From positions 89,900,001 through 89,964,000 of the forward strand of contig OZ024740.1 of the NCBI GenBank assembly GCA_964016885.1: a stretch of DNA of 64,000 nt, in the 5' to 3' direction. Positions 47,981 to 62,812 of this stretch are shown here, piece by piece. Position 1 is the stretch's first letter, and each line of letters begins with the position of its first letter. Source of the stretch: Eledone cirrhosa. Its lineage: Eukaryota. The notes below the pieces were generated by a model. It was not told the DNA's origin and did not search any database. It saw only the letters and a list, made by a program, of their open reading frames with translations. The translations under genes and the position numbers were made by a program.

Positions 47981-48431
47981 ATATATACAAGTAGAAAAAC
48001 ACCCATCGGGTGGTTATCTACTGGCGTGTGTAGTGTGCATATTGATATTATACGCAAGTATATATGCATGTAGATATGAGACATTAAACAAAATCGTAAT
48101 TGACAATATACACAGCAATTGAACACTGTCTTATGTAATCAGTAACGTAATCCATGATACATTAAAGAAGAGGATATTATATATAAACTGCGTTAGGAGA
48201 AAATTAGTTTATTCATGCGATCTGTAACCGTAAGTGTTGGCATTTGAAAATTATACAGAAGTGAATCTTAATATAATCAGCACAATTATTCATATTTAAT
48301 CAAGTATAATGAAACTTAGTAGATAAATTATGTAGTATTCATTCATTATTTATTAAAAGTAATCCAACTTATTTCATAATCAGGATCAAAAAAATATATT
48401 CTGAATGAAGTCCCGCACTCCTTACTATATT

Positions 48432-48487
<56 letters not shown>

Positions 48488-48490
<3 letters not shown>

Positions 48491-49612
48491 GCTTGTAAAC
48501 ATAATTTGCACAAAACTTTCCTGTATGTATTGCAGCCCCACATTATACCCTAACGGATAGTACGATCTATACGCGGATATTTTACGTATTGATGTGGTAG
48601 CTAAGTATATGTTATGTTTATACCGTTACCTATTTGCATAGGTAAGTATATATTACCTGCATGTTTTGTGAAAGTACGTATACTTTCTCGTACGTATATT
48701 TGATTGTATATGTTATGGCATATATTTTATATATTCTGATACATATGCTGTTGGTTATGTCTATACGTGAGTTTTGCGTCTGTGTGAGTATGTGGGTTCG
48801 TACGTATGTAGGGTCTGTGTATATGAGTACTTCGTGTTTTGGCTGACGTACGTTTCCGAACATATTTGTATTTACATGTAGGTATGTGTGTGCGCTTGTT
48901 ATATACGTATTTATTTATTTATATACGTTTATTTACTTATTTGTATACACGCACACACACACATACTTATATGTGCGTGTATTTGTATACCTATGGCGAG
49001 TGTTTTCGCGTATGCTTGTGTACGTACGTATATGGATGCGTGTATGTATTTATTTAATTTCAATTACCTCTGTATTTTATTTACTTTATTCTTAACTCTA
49101 AAGCCGATAAACATTCGGTTTCCTAGTTAGAATTTTAGTTTACGACTTCAGTTATACCATTTACGTGGTTTTGTCTTTGCATGTAAATTGTTCTCCACGC
49201 TACACATATGACGAATTGTCTTCGCTTTTTACGTTCATTGCCAGAGAACGTCTCTGTGAACCACCTAAGAGAATATTAGACTACCACTTCTTCTATACCT
49301 TAAACGTGGTTTTGTCTTTGCGTGTAATTGTTTTCCACCGCTCCAAATAATGACGTATTATATTCGTTTTTTCCCGTTCTTTGCCAGGGAACGTTTCCAC
49401 GAACCAAAGTATCGTCTTCCTGTCTTCCTCCGGTTGCAAATTTTTTTGAAATATTCACTTCTGCGTTCACAGATTGAATTTGTAAGTTTCAGAAGATCAC
49501 GTTATTTGCTTAAAGTTTACTCTGTTATTTTAATAAATATTTGCTCTACGGTTCTTATATATTTGATATATATTTATCCTTATCGAGCCCTCTTTGGATT
49601 TTAGTCTTCAAA
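48488..49612 (+). mobile_element. 3' fragment of the CxCx5C-type PLE family with long tail; HHR internally deleted
   Basis: Colinear with 13505-14625 plus the tail seen at 12660-12760. AGTTTCAGAAGATCACG lacks stem II/GAAA. Confidence 0.85.
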
Positions 49613-49849
49613 TATATATATATATAAAGGAAAAATCCTCAACAGGGGCGAGACGTCCATGGGTCACTCGTGCAGAAAGCCCACAACAAGCCGTGTTGAT
49701 CCTGACAAGGAAGACAACTGCCATCTCCCTGTTACCACTTCTAAACTACAGGCACATACTCAGAGCAGGCCAATTCACTCGGGATATACTCGCCTCTCTT
49801 ATCCATCTTTCAATAAACTACTGGCAAAGGAATCCTTCTCTCTCCACCC

Positions 49850-50500
49850 CGATGTGCCTTTTCAAATTAACTTTGAAAAAGTTAGTCTGTGATTTGCCGC
49901 AGAGATAGTTTTGCCTTATCCACCCTTAAGATAAAAACTACCTGCATTTCCCAGCCATAGGCAGGTGGCAGGGCAATATTCACGATGGTCCCACCTAATA
50001 GCCAGATGCGTTCTACACGCGATAGCATTTGTTCGACAACAACGCACATTTCAGCATTGATCGGACAGGTGTCGAGTGCATGCGGCTTGGTTCCGTCACC
50101 CAGCACGCATCACTGACAGGTACGGCTGGCGGCACTTCTATGCATGTAGCGTTTATCCTGAACTCTCAAAGCTCCTCGGTAACACTGCTAGGTCTGGGAA
50201 TTCTCCATGGGCCTCGACGAGAAGGTTTTCCGGAAGAGATTGGCTAGTTTATTTTCGCCGACGCCCAGGATCTCTCCAAGGACGTCGTCACTCTTACCCG
50301 CCACTAACATTTCATAGAACGCTAAGCTGGAGATTCCATCAATCATGGTACCCGGTTGGCTGAGGGGTATCAGCGTCTGCAGACATACCAGTCTCCAAGC
50401 GCTCACTCTCGGTCTTCTCTTGACCAGGACTAGGTCAAGGAAGTGTTCACCGACAAGGAAGTGCTGGAGATGTCGTAACCCTAGCGCATGTTTGTGCATT
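49850..50500 (+). pseudogene. Degenerate LINE apurinic-like endonuclease remnant
   Basis: GC-richer block with APE-like traces ICRRD, GGRAI, VECM, ACSVYP and TLGLLLT in shifting frames. Confidence 0.45.
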
Positions 50501-51209
50501 ATTAGTTATGATATGCCCACCCTTACGTGGGAGCGTGTGTTGGCAGCTGATGGACCGCCTGACCATTGCAGCGCGTACCTACCGCAAAACGCAAAAGAGC
50601 GTCCGCTAGAGAAACATTTTTTCACAATGATATATATTTCACCGATCATATATCTTCATTGCATATGGTTGGTATCGGGATATTATTACATGCTATTGTA
50701 ATGTTAATTCGAAATTAATATTATTTTGTAACTGAAATTAATTAAAAATAGAAATACTATAATACGAAAAGAGATATCTGAATGCTTTTACAATTACTTT
50801 ATATATTTAAAATATCACAATGCTACATATGTTCAGTTATTAGATTCCCATAACATCATTTGTATCATGTACGATTACATAAAATATATAAATCCATCAA
50901 ATTATCTGAACATCGTGTTTTCCATACATTCTGTTAAAACTGGTGTATGTGAACATGTCTATAGTATGGGAGTGTGTACTTTGTAAAACTAATTCATATT
51001 TATCATATAAAACGACATAGTTATGCATTACTTTGTTTCGCCATATATCAATCCAACCTTCAACAGCATTGTTATGCAACAAGAAACCAGTGACATTAAT
51101 CCTAAATGTAATATTCCACACGGTAGATTTAATCGTATGCAGGGTAAATTGTGTATATCATTTCACATGATTTGAAATCATACCAGAAACGAAACGATAT
51201 ATATATATA

Positions 51210-53040
51210 TTTTTTAAAGTATTAAATATGTTTATTTACAATAGTTTAGAAGTTTGCCTATTAATCCGTACGGTAATAAAATGGGGTCCCACGTGCTGAC
51301 CGCCCCACAGCACCGGCGCATAGGATGGAGAAGATGTTTCCCGGAGGATGGTAAGGGAGATGCGCTGTAAGAGCCATTCCAACTAGCGAGGCTCATACTT
51401 GCGGCTGGTCAGCTCAGCGCCTAATGTGGTGAATAGGGAGGTAGCCCTAGGGCCAAGGACACCAGAAGACTTCACTGCCAAGGGTACGACCGCGAAACTG
51501 TCGGAGAGTCACCGGTACTTAGAGAGTTTGTCCTCCTCAGTCAGACGTGCAGCAGTATCTGAGTTAGTCGCAGACTGCACCAGGTTGCGATTGGAGCCAG
51601 TGTCGCTGCGAGTGGCATCCCAGACGAGGGGTTTCCACCGCGGAACGGGAACATTGTCATACCGTGTGGCCTTTTGAAATCCCGTCGGACCAACCCCACT
51701 GGCTCGAGCTGGGAGGTGAAGCCTGCAGCGTCCAAGCCATGTCTAATGAGATCACGTTGAGGGCAGCATGTCGTGGAAGGCGGCCGGCACTGTGGCGACA
51801 GAAAAGTGGGTGGAAACCGAAAGAGTCCACGATGGATCCACATCGACATTTATCTGGCTCGCAGATCCGGAGTCCAAGCCTCAAAGAAACGCCGATCCGC
51901 AGGCTATCATTATCCAGCTGCGTGCCAGTGAGGAAGGAGGAAAAGGCATGGAGACAGACACAACTGTGGGGTTTGGAGGCCGCCGGAAAACAGGCAAGGT
52001 GGTGCATGTCGAGCTGGCCCGTGAGCCTGTCTGAGGCTAGGCTGCACTGAATGACATCCCATATGCTTTGGGGAGAATTGACGTCAGCAGGGTGAGAAGG
52101 AGGAGGGACGTCTACTGGGCTAAGTCCCAATCTGTCCCACATTTCACAGACGACCTCACGTTCCCTGAACACATAGGATTATATTGTGTCTTGGAGAACC
52201 CTGCTGACGGGGCATGAGTTTACCGATGAAAGAAACGCCGGCAAAGCCAGTGAGATTGAGGACCAGAGGCCAAGGTCACCTTATCTGACAGGTAAAGTGG
52301 CTAGTTCCCATCTAATGTCGTCAAACCTGGCGTTGCATATCTCCTCAGCTGCCGCTTGGATACAAGTATCGAGGTCAGGGAGGAGAGATGCGTGGCTTTA
52401 GCACGGAGCGCTGCGAAGAGTGTAGAGGAGCAACAGAAAGAGAGCTGGATGGCCGACGATCAAGCCCAGTCGGCTCGTGAGGGTCTGGAGTAGATGGAGC
52501 CTAGACCTGAGTGTGGAGAGGATGGCCGGCGGGTGATTCGGTGACCTGAGCATGAGGACATCCAATTTGGGGTCATCTGTATCTAGGGGAGAATAGATCG
52601 CACGTCCGAGACGCAGGCTGCAAAGCTCTTAGCCTTATGGCTTACATTCACCACCTTAGACGTGGACGAGTTGACCTGGAGGCCGATTCCACCAGGGCAG
52701 GAACCACCAATTAAAGGTAATGGCAGACAGTCTCCACGGGTCCGCCCAGCATAACATCATCCAGGTGCCAAACGTTGAGAGGGGCCGTGATACTCCGGGC
52801 AATGTAGTATTTACCAAGGGCAAACAGGAGGAGACCCAAAGGGTGGACACCAGTGGCCGAAAGTATGACCGTATCAGCAGCAAGGAACATGCTCGGGGCT
52901 CCATTTGAAAAGTAGGCCAGCAGGTAGGCGGAGGGCACGGCTGAGGCAGGCAACGAGCAGATTGTCCCGGCGTATGCAGTTAAAGGCATTCCTCATGTCA
53001 AGCTTGACAATTAGGTGCCTGGAGTCCCTGGATTTTTCAA
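51210..53040 (-). mobile_element. 5'-truncated CRE-clade non-LTR retrotransposon (RT + CCHC + restriction-like endonuclease), pseudogenised
   Basis: Motifs VKLDMRNAFN, PLGLLLFAL, WHLDD, LRLGL..CRCG..HPLFC, RHAALN, KRPHGMT and LVWDAT. AATAAA and a short poly(A) run into (TA)n at ~51197-51216. Confidence 0.85.
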
Positions 53041-53642
53041 GCTTCAATTGGAACATGTTAGAGACATCAAATGCATCTATCGCTATGGAAACAAAACATA
53101 ATGCATTAAAACATGAGTTTGGGAGGTATACATAGATATGCATTCATGTATACTCTTACTTTTGACAATATGTTATGCATCTAGTCAAAGTAGAATTAAT
53201 ATCAAACCAGAATTCCGAACCTATTTGTAGAATTTGTTGCAGTCAATTCTATTTCAGGACACATATGTCACACGTTGTAAGAAGTTATTTACGATTCGCC
53301 TGTTTCCGTCATTATATTATGTTTCCTTACATTTTCCTGTACTATATATGTCACATACACATATACATGCACAAATGCATACAAACACACACGCATACAC
53401 GCGCACACATTTACATACACACACACATATGTTCGCGAGGTAAAAAAAGACAAACACTAAAAGAAACTTCAAAGTACACCTACAGATGTTTCATAAATAT
53501 TACAACAAATAATTTGATTTTCGCTTTGGTGTTGACATGAAACCAAATATATAATTTATTAAGTCTTAGTTACATGTGCAGCAAATTATGTGCGGAATTC
53601 CCCCAAATTTATAGGCGCAGACTCATACACACACACACACAT

Positions 53643-53685
<43 letters not shown>

Positions 53686-53687
<2 letters not shown>

Positions 53688-56110
53688 CAAAATGTATGGT
53701 AGGTCGTATGTGAATCGCGATGGTCACGCCTGACCTACCAAATATGCGACGGTAGCTAGTTAAGCTCTATGCGTATAAGCAGACCAGAAATATTAATGAA
53801 AAAGAACAAAGGAACTATTATGACATTATAACAAGTTTATTGCCGACAGTCGTTTCGTCCCACCATATCGTGGGACTTTTCAAGGCATATAACAGGTGAT
53901 TGTAAGTTCATTATTTACATCAACGTTTGACTCAAGATTAGCAGTTTGAAATTGTGGTATACATCAACAGCTCGGCTTGTATATTTGGGGTCTATATTCT
54001 AAGGGGGCTCTTTTATATTAGTTGAAGGAGTTGTAAAAGGGATGGGTTATAGGGAGTGAAGAGAATTTGAAAAGGGCCTAAGAGATTGAAGGTTAAAAAT
54101 GAGAGAATTTATAGTTTACGCATTCACGGTAAAAGACTTGGGATCTCGTAGAAGCACCTTAAAAATCCCTCAATAAGCCTAACAAACCAGGGATATTAAG
54201 AGACTAAAAAAATAAAAAAAATAAAAATATGGAGTTTCCTAAAAAAATATAAAGTTTCCTAAAAAATTCCTTCAAAAGAAAAAATGTTTTTCTAAGAGAT
54301 CACGTTAAAAAAATTCAGAAAATTTACGAAGTTTTGGTAATCCCTACTAAAGTTCTAAACTCAGAAACTAAAAATTAAAAATTAAAAATTAGGGAAAAGA
54401 GCTTTCAATAAGATTTAACAGGTTAATAAAGTTAATGATTTAGGGAGTACATATTATAAATATTAAGATTTAATTTAGGATTTGAATTTTAAGAGTTCCA
54501 AACCCCGAAATTAAAAGATGAAATGAATTTAAGATTAAGCAATCTTATATATCCATGATTAAAAATTAACGATTAAGGGGTTGAACATTAAATTTAATTT
54601 TAAAAATTAAGAAATAAATATTTGAAAGAAACTAATCAATTAAAAGTAAATTCAAAAAGCCTTAAAAAAATCCCTCAGAAAAGGCCCCTTTAATATTTTT
54701 AATAAGAACCTCTTCCGAAAGACCCTTCAAAGAATTAAAATTTTAGAGAGCCTTTAAAGATATATATAAACGAATTGAGGAAAATTACAAATTAAAAGTT
54801 AAAAATTACGGGATTTGAGAGATCCGAGGAATTTTCAAAGGGCTGCTTCAACAGATACAACTTAGGTATAATAGATAAAGTAATTTAAGTAATTTAAGTA
54901 ATCTAAATAGGGAGCAATTCAAAGAGCTTATCAAGTTTGGCAAGATTAAAGAAAATGATAAGTAAGAAAATACCTAAGCAAAAAGACAATAATTATAAAA
55001 TGTATTTTTAAGAAGGTATAAGGTAGCTTCAGTAATCTAATAATGTACTATCAGGGATATCCCTGAGCAAATTTTGCTTGACTGTTAATTGTTTATTGAT
55101 TGTTTGTTAATTAGGCAGGAATATATTATTATGTCTTTGTTAATCCTATATTAATAATTTTATAATAATGTTTTGATAGTACATTATTAGATTTCAGAGG
55201 GATTTTTTTAATGCTTTTTGAATTAACCTTTAATTGATTAGTTTCTTTCAAATATTTCTTTCTTAATTTTTAAAATTAAATTTAATGTTCAACCCCTTAA
55301 TCGTTAATTTTTAATCATGGATATATAAGATTGCTTAATCTTAAATTCATTTAATTTTTTAATTTCGGGGTTTGGAACTCTTAAAATTCAAATCCTAAAT
55401 TAAATCTTAATATTTATAATATGTACTCCCTAAATCATTAACTTTATTAACCTGTTAAATCTTATTGAAAGCTCTTTACCCTAATTTTTAATGTTTAATT
55501 TTTAGTTTCTGAGTTTAGAACTTTAGTAGGGATTACCAAAACTTCGTAAATTTTCTGATATTTTTTAACATGATCTCTTAGAAAATTGTTTTTTCTTTTG
55601 AAGGAATTTTTTAGGAAACTTTATATTTTTTTAGGAAACTTTATGTTTTTATTTTTTTTATTTTTTTAGTCTCTTAATCTCTTCTGGTTTGTAAGGTTTA
55701 TTGGGGCTTATAAGCTTTATGCACTTATTGAGGGATTTTTAAAGTGTTTCTACGAGATCCCAAGTCTTTTACTTTTAATGCGTAAACTATAAATTCTCTA
55801 ATTTTTAACCTTCAATCCCTGACTCTTAGGCCCTTTTCAAATTCTCTTAACTCCCTATAACCCATCTCTTTTACAACTCCTACAACTAATATAAAAGAGC
55901 CCCCTTAGCATATAGACCCCAACTATACAAGCGGAGCTGTTGATCTATACCACAATTTCAAACTGCTAATCTTGAGTGAAAAGTTGATGTAAATAATGAA
56001 CTTACAATCACGTGTTATATGCCTTGAAAAGTTCCACCATATGGTCGGACGAAACGGCTGTCGGCAATAAACTTGTTATAATGTCATAATAGTTCCTTTG
56101 TTCTTTTTCA

Positions 56111-56115
<5 letters not shown>
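53686..56115. mobile_element. Large inverted PLE-end insertion (~0.9-kb arms) with two HHRs
   Basis: Arms 53791-54681 and 55190-56115; HHRs at 53841-53887 (-) and 56020-56066 (+). Extra ~105-bp tail at 53686-53790; TA on both sides. Confidence 0.88.
53841..53887 (-). ncRNA. Hammerhead ribozyme with U3-A8 core variant
   Basis: TGCC-TTGAAAA-GTCCCAC[GATATG]GTGGGAC-GAAAC-GACT-GTC-GGCA. Confidence 0.82.
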
Positions 56116-56192
<77 letters not shown>

Positions 56193-57295
56193 TATGGATA
56201 TGCATGTGGATGTTTGAATAGACATGTCCAAAGTTTTCTTTGAAACTTCTGAGATCTGACTGTGTTTTTATCATCATCTACCAATTTATTATCTTTTAGG
56301 TTTGTTAGTTTCCGCATACAACATGCGTTAGATAATATTCGTTTATAGTTAGCAATATATATCATTTTTATATAAACGTGTGTAATGTTGAATCAATTAA
56401 TTAAGTATCTAAAGTTTATACTTTCTTTATAGTAATCAATATTCTGCTGTTGACCAAACCTGATATATTTTCCATTGAATCTAAACAAGGAAATATATTT
56501 ATACCCTGTGGATTTGGAATTGTCATTTACACATGACTAAGTGAAAAATGATATTCTTTCAAATTGCGTGGGTCTTAGGGTCAGCGGTAATTTCTCGTCT
56601 AATATATCAATCATTAATGAATACTACAGAGGCTCCGTTATTTCACGTACACTTGTCGAATAATTATCTAGAGTAAATTCACATTATATACTACGCAATT
56701 TATATTATATCCTACCTTCATTTAACTTGCAATACTTGAAATATCGTATAATGTGAAAACAACTTTGCAAAAGTATTATTTATGTGGAAATAATGAATGT
56801 CCCGGTATATTTCACAAAATGCTGAGCATACTTCTTGGTACCCAATCTTAGGTGATGCTAATGAGCTTATTGTTTTAATATCTAAAAGTAGGCGGACTTT
56901 ATACCAGACCTGAAAATATACCATTTAGATTTTATATTTATAATACGAAGCACATATATTCGAAATGCATGATTTTGTAATGCTATATAAATGCAAAACA
57001 GTAAGATATTACAATATATCACCTTGGAAATAATACATTTCAGAATGAATTTTACCTCCGGCATAACTACGTTGGATGTCATATCTAGTAAATAAAAAAC
57101 TATATTTGAGTACACTATTGCTTTGTGGGTTATGAAGATATACGCATTAAATACTCATATGACAAACTGAAACTTATACATGAATGAAAGATTCTGATTT
57201 TGCGTGCCCGCCACAAAATTGGAGATAGTGGCAGACACACAAACAATTACACACATACACACACGCACACACAGACACACACACACTTATATATG

Positions 57296-57353
<58 letters not shown>

Positions 57354-57599
57354 CATATATAAGTGATGGGAGAGATGACCCCTTAGTCTTTGTCAAGGCA
57401 GACTTCTAGGAGAAGGAAAACTCTGATATAACACCTGCAACCCTGATGGTATCCAATGATGTTGACTTGTTCTTCTTTTTGGTAAATATCATCTTGGTGA
57501 AGAGAGTGGGACTGGCTTTGTGCAGTGCCTTTGCTCACTATAAAAGCTTCACGGCACAGGCATTGCTTTATATCTGGAGATCTCTCTGCACTTGTCATC

Positions 57600-57763
57600 A
57601 CATGGGCCCAGCACTATGTGTCAATAATTGTCACAAGTGTAGTGTTTGTACCAGAGTTTTCAAGTCGCTGGCTGGACTAAAAAGTCAGTCGTTCAGCGCA
57701 TCGGTAGGGGTTCTCCTACATGGATATAAAGTAGTGGCCGTACTCGAAAACGAGTTGGCAGCC

Positions 57764-57768
<5 letters not shown>
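57600..57768 (+). pseudogene. LINE (RTE-like) C-terminal zinc-finger remnant
   Basis: HKCSVCTRVFKSLAGLKS resembles the C2H2-type motif at RTE ORF ends; followed by (TA)n. Confidence 0.4.
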
Positions 57769-57840
<72 letters not shown>

Positions 57841-57869
57841 GTATATATATATATGTATATATATATATA

Positions 57870-58527
<658 letters not shown>

Positions 58528-59222
58528 GTGTGTATGATTGTGTATACAATATTATATTAATAAAAGGAATTCCAACTTTGTCTGATTTACTCGTTTTATT
58601 TACAATACTTTAAAATGTATAATGGTATTAGAATGAAATATTATGGTAGAATATTAAATGTTAAGTGTTAATTGAACAGGTACTTTCATGCTTTCGGAAT
58701 CTTTAGGTTTATATTCTGTGGTGACAGTCAAGTTTGCAATTTTCAACTGCAATGAGATGGGTAAATTGTGTGCCTTATATATACAGTGAAAAGCGGCTAC
58801 AGCATGCTAATTCTGCAAACTGTATTTCGACCAATCGGTGTGTAGTTTCAGTGGATTACTAAAGCTGATTTGTTTAGGCGTCACGGTTGGTTGAGCATCT
58901 CTACGGTTTGTTGACCCTATCCAAAGCATCAATTATTTTGCTATTTTTAGAAATGATGAAAACGACATTTTCTAGTAATCATCACCATCAACATCACTTT
59001 TATTATTATTATTGCTGTTATTGTTGTTTGTATACATATATATATGTTAGTATACATATCTATATATATATATAAGAATTAAAATACTAGAGTGTGTTGG
59101 AGTTAAACACCCTCTTCATATTATAGAAATGACAGTAAAGGTATAGCTCAATGTAATTAAACAGAGCCGAAGAATTCAGAAATAAACCAAAGAAACCTTC
59201 AATACATCAAAAGTATTTATCA

Positions 59223-59260
59223 GCCAACAATGTTTCGTCCTATTAAGTACTCATCAGGGC
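59223..59260 (-). ncRNA. Type I minimal hammerhead ribozyme
   Basis: GCC-CTGATGA-GTACT[TAAT]AGGAC-GAAAC-ATT-GTT-GGC. Confidence 0.8.
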
Positions 59261-59637
59261 AAGTAAAGCTATAAGAAGCACTATCGGCCAATACAAGTCA
59301 TACACACAGAAGAATATGGAGTATACATACATTAAAGCATAGGAAAATTATCAAGTAAAAATTATCAAGTAAAAATTGCTAAGGAAGTTAATAACATTTT
59401 GAACCATATTACAAATATAGTACAATGCAAAAACTAAAGCTAAACACAAGTGGTGATATAAAGGGAGAATTACGGTGCTAAATATAATATAATATATAAT
59501 ATAATATAATATAATATAATTGATAAAGATAATAATAATAATATTAAAAGGCTCAATAAACATACATATACATATACATATATATATCAATACACATATC
59601 CATCTCTACAAACCCAAACTAACACCTATTCAGAGTT

Positions 59638-60078
59638 TAAATAAAAATAAAAATAAAAATAAAAATAAAAATAAAAATGAAAATAAAAATAAAAATAAAA
59701 ATAAAAATAAAAATAAAAATAAAAATAAAAATAAAAATAAAAATAAAAATAAAAATAAAAATAAAAATAAAAATAAACATAAAAATAAAAATAAAAATAA
59801 AAATAAAAATAAAAATAAAAATAAAAATAAAAATAAAATTACAAATAAAAATAAAAATAAAAATAAAAATAAAAATAAAAATAAAAATAAAAATAAAAAT
59901 AAAAATAAAAATAAAAATAAAAATAAAAATAAAAATAAAAATAAAAATAAAAATAAAAATAAAAATAAAAATAAAAATAAAAATAAAAATAAAAATAAAA
60001 ATAAAAATAAAAATAAAAATAAAATAAAAAATAAAAATAAAAATAAAAATAAAAATAAAAATAAAAATAAAAATAAAA
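59638..60078. repeat. (TAAAAA)n hexamer array, ~440 bp
   Basis: Seen directly; lies inside the PLE 3' UTR. Confidence 0.95.
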
Positions 60079-61305
60079 CATTATTTACAGTATAAAATGA
60101 TAAAGAAATGAATAAAAATAAACATATAAAATATAATATACTATATAAATATATTAATAATCACCGGTCAACTTGCACAAACAGTATAAATATTACAATA
60201 ACACTATAATAACAATATTATAATATATTGGCATATAACATAACAAGTCATATAAAGTTACATACAGAACTAAATTGTGTTGAAAAGATTCTGCTGGAAA
60301 AATATCTATACCGTTGTAAGAAAACAGACGGAGGTCAAGTTTTTATACAATTGGTATAAATAAGTATTATCTAAACATTACAAAAATTATAAAAATATAA
60401 ACATATTACAGAATTTACAAAATTTAACATAATGGTACATCAATATCAAATAATGAACATAGTATAATATACATAATTACATGGTTATTAGACAGACATA
60501 TGTGAATAAGTGAATAAGAACCAGACAGAAAACTACGTACAGTAGTAAAAAAATATATAAATATAAATAAAATAAAATCAACCGGAAATCGAAAAACAAA
60601 AACAAAAATATTTACTTAGGTGTCACTAGCAGTTAAGTAAACACATTTAGGAAACAAACCCAATAAATGACTAGAAAACCCTATTAAATTAATTAATATT
60701 GCAAGTATTTAAAATATATAATAAGTCAATACAAAATTAGTTATGGTTTAATTAATCAAAATCTCCAAAGCTTAAGATATCTCAATAAGAACATCCAGAA
60801 TAGAATGAAATACTTTACTATCAGTTGAATAACGTTATCTAATAAACATACTTTAAATAGAACTATGGTAGGCCAATGGGGACAGAACAAAGAAATGTAT
60901 GTAGGGTACGAAGGAGCATAAAATCATAATCAATATACTGTATTATACAATAGAAAGGGGCATAAAAGGGAATTGAATATAATTATAGTATAATTGAAGG
61001 GGCGAATGACAAGTGTGTGGGGGTGGGGGGAAGAAGGGGTGGGAAGGAGGGGTGGGGTGGGAAGGGGGTTAATTATCTAAATGAGAATCGAAAATAAAAT
61101 AAAATAAAATAAAATATATAATCAGATATAAACTCATAAGGTGTTAATAGTGAAAGTATAATATTTAAGAAGAAAGATATGGTATGGTAGCCAAAAGACT
61201 ATGAAAGCTAGATCGAAAAGCTGTTAAAAACCAATAAAAATAATAATGATAATGATGGAGGTAAACAAAATGAACCTAAACAAAAAAGATAAGGGAATGT
61301 AGCAG

Positions 61306-62812
61306 CTAATGCATACAATTTACAGTACCAGAACTTTTAGGTTTATAATAAAAGTAAGAATTAGAAATGCCGTGGGGGCAAGACGAGAATATCTCAGACT
61401 TTCTATTAAGTAAGAGTTCCCTAGAGAAAATTATAGAGTGGGTCTCAAGGATACAGAGATTTCAGAATTTGGTGTGTGTTGATAGGTTATTAGAGCGTGC
61501 TACTATTCGCCAATTAAGGCTATATGGTATATTAGCCCCCTTAAGATCCCAGATATGGTGTGCTAAAGAAGTAGAATTCTTAAACTTAACATGTTTAAAA
61601 TTAGAGATATGAGAATTAAACCTAGTCTTAAAAGTGTTAGATGTTGAGCCTACATATGTGCTATTAGAGGAATAAGTTTTAACTACACAAGCATAAACGA
61701 TGTTCTTAGAGAGGCAGTTACCGTTTAAAGGGCAGTTAACACTCACTCTACAGTTACACTTCAGGGTGCTATTAATTGGCTGAAGTAGTGATGCATCCCT
61801 CGTAGGGTTACTATGAGATAAGGTCTGCTCAGGTGGTAAGGCATTTATGGATCTATCCAGACTAGTAGTACGCAGAGAGGAGTAGCCATCCCTAATGTGC
61901 CCATCGTTAGTGCTAGCTAAATGAGAACTAATATTAGGGGTGGTAGAGAATGATAGTTTAATTACATTTTTATTAAAAATACCATGGTATTTATTAATAG
62001 GAGCGACATGTTTCTCTAAGATAGAAAAGAAAGACCTAGGGATGTTAGTTAATACTTCCTGATTATATGGCGGGTTAAAATAAGTATTTAGTCTCCTTCT
62101 ATTTCTATCCTTACCAACTCTACCGTTATCTAATATCCCATTATTATTAAGATCTGGGTTACTACGAGGACTAGTTAAAACCACATTGTTATAATCAGCC
62201 GAAACTCCATTGAGTCTCTTTCTGTTTCTACCTTTAGTATATCTACTGCTATCTGGAATCATATCAAAAGGATTAGGGCTGATAATAGGATCAGTAGAAA
62301 CAACACTATTAGAATTAGATTTAGCATAAGCATCACCACTGAGTGCGCGCTCAGAGCGCCCAACTTGATCCCTAGAACTATTAGATTCACTATTAAGAAT
62401 CCGGTGGCTTAACTTATGGATGGGTTCGGATACACCTATCTGATTTCTACGATTCTTATGCATTCTACTCCCATTCATGGTCATATTATGGGATATTATA
62501 TTATTATTATATGTAAGCGGAGACTTTCTAAGGTTACTATTATTATAATGTATTTTACCAGAGTAACCGGAGCTAGCTAGGGCGTTATTATAGTACTCTG
62601 CATGTGCATTAAATATTCATATGTCCTTAGAGAGTGTGGAAATTCTATTAGATACACCATTAATTATAGAGCTTATCATAGATTTGGGGTGGTTAGAATT
62701 GGGACTAACATAAGAGAGTATTTCATTTGGCTTATGGAAGGGTTTAACACTATTAGTGACCAAGTCCAAAGTCACATCTAAAAAGTTGACCGCTCTATCA
62801 TTTCTATCTATC

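Noticed and set aside
59520-60095. 191-aa NK-repeat ORF and overlapping KI/FY ORFs
   Set aside because: Artefact of the (TAAAAA)n array.
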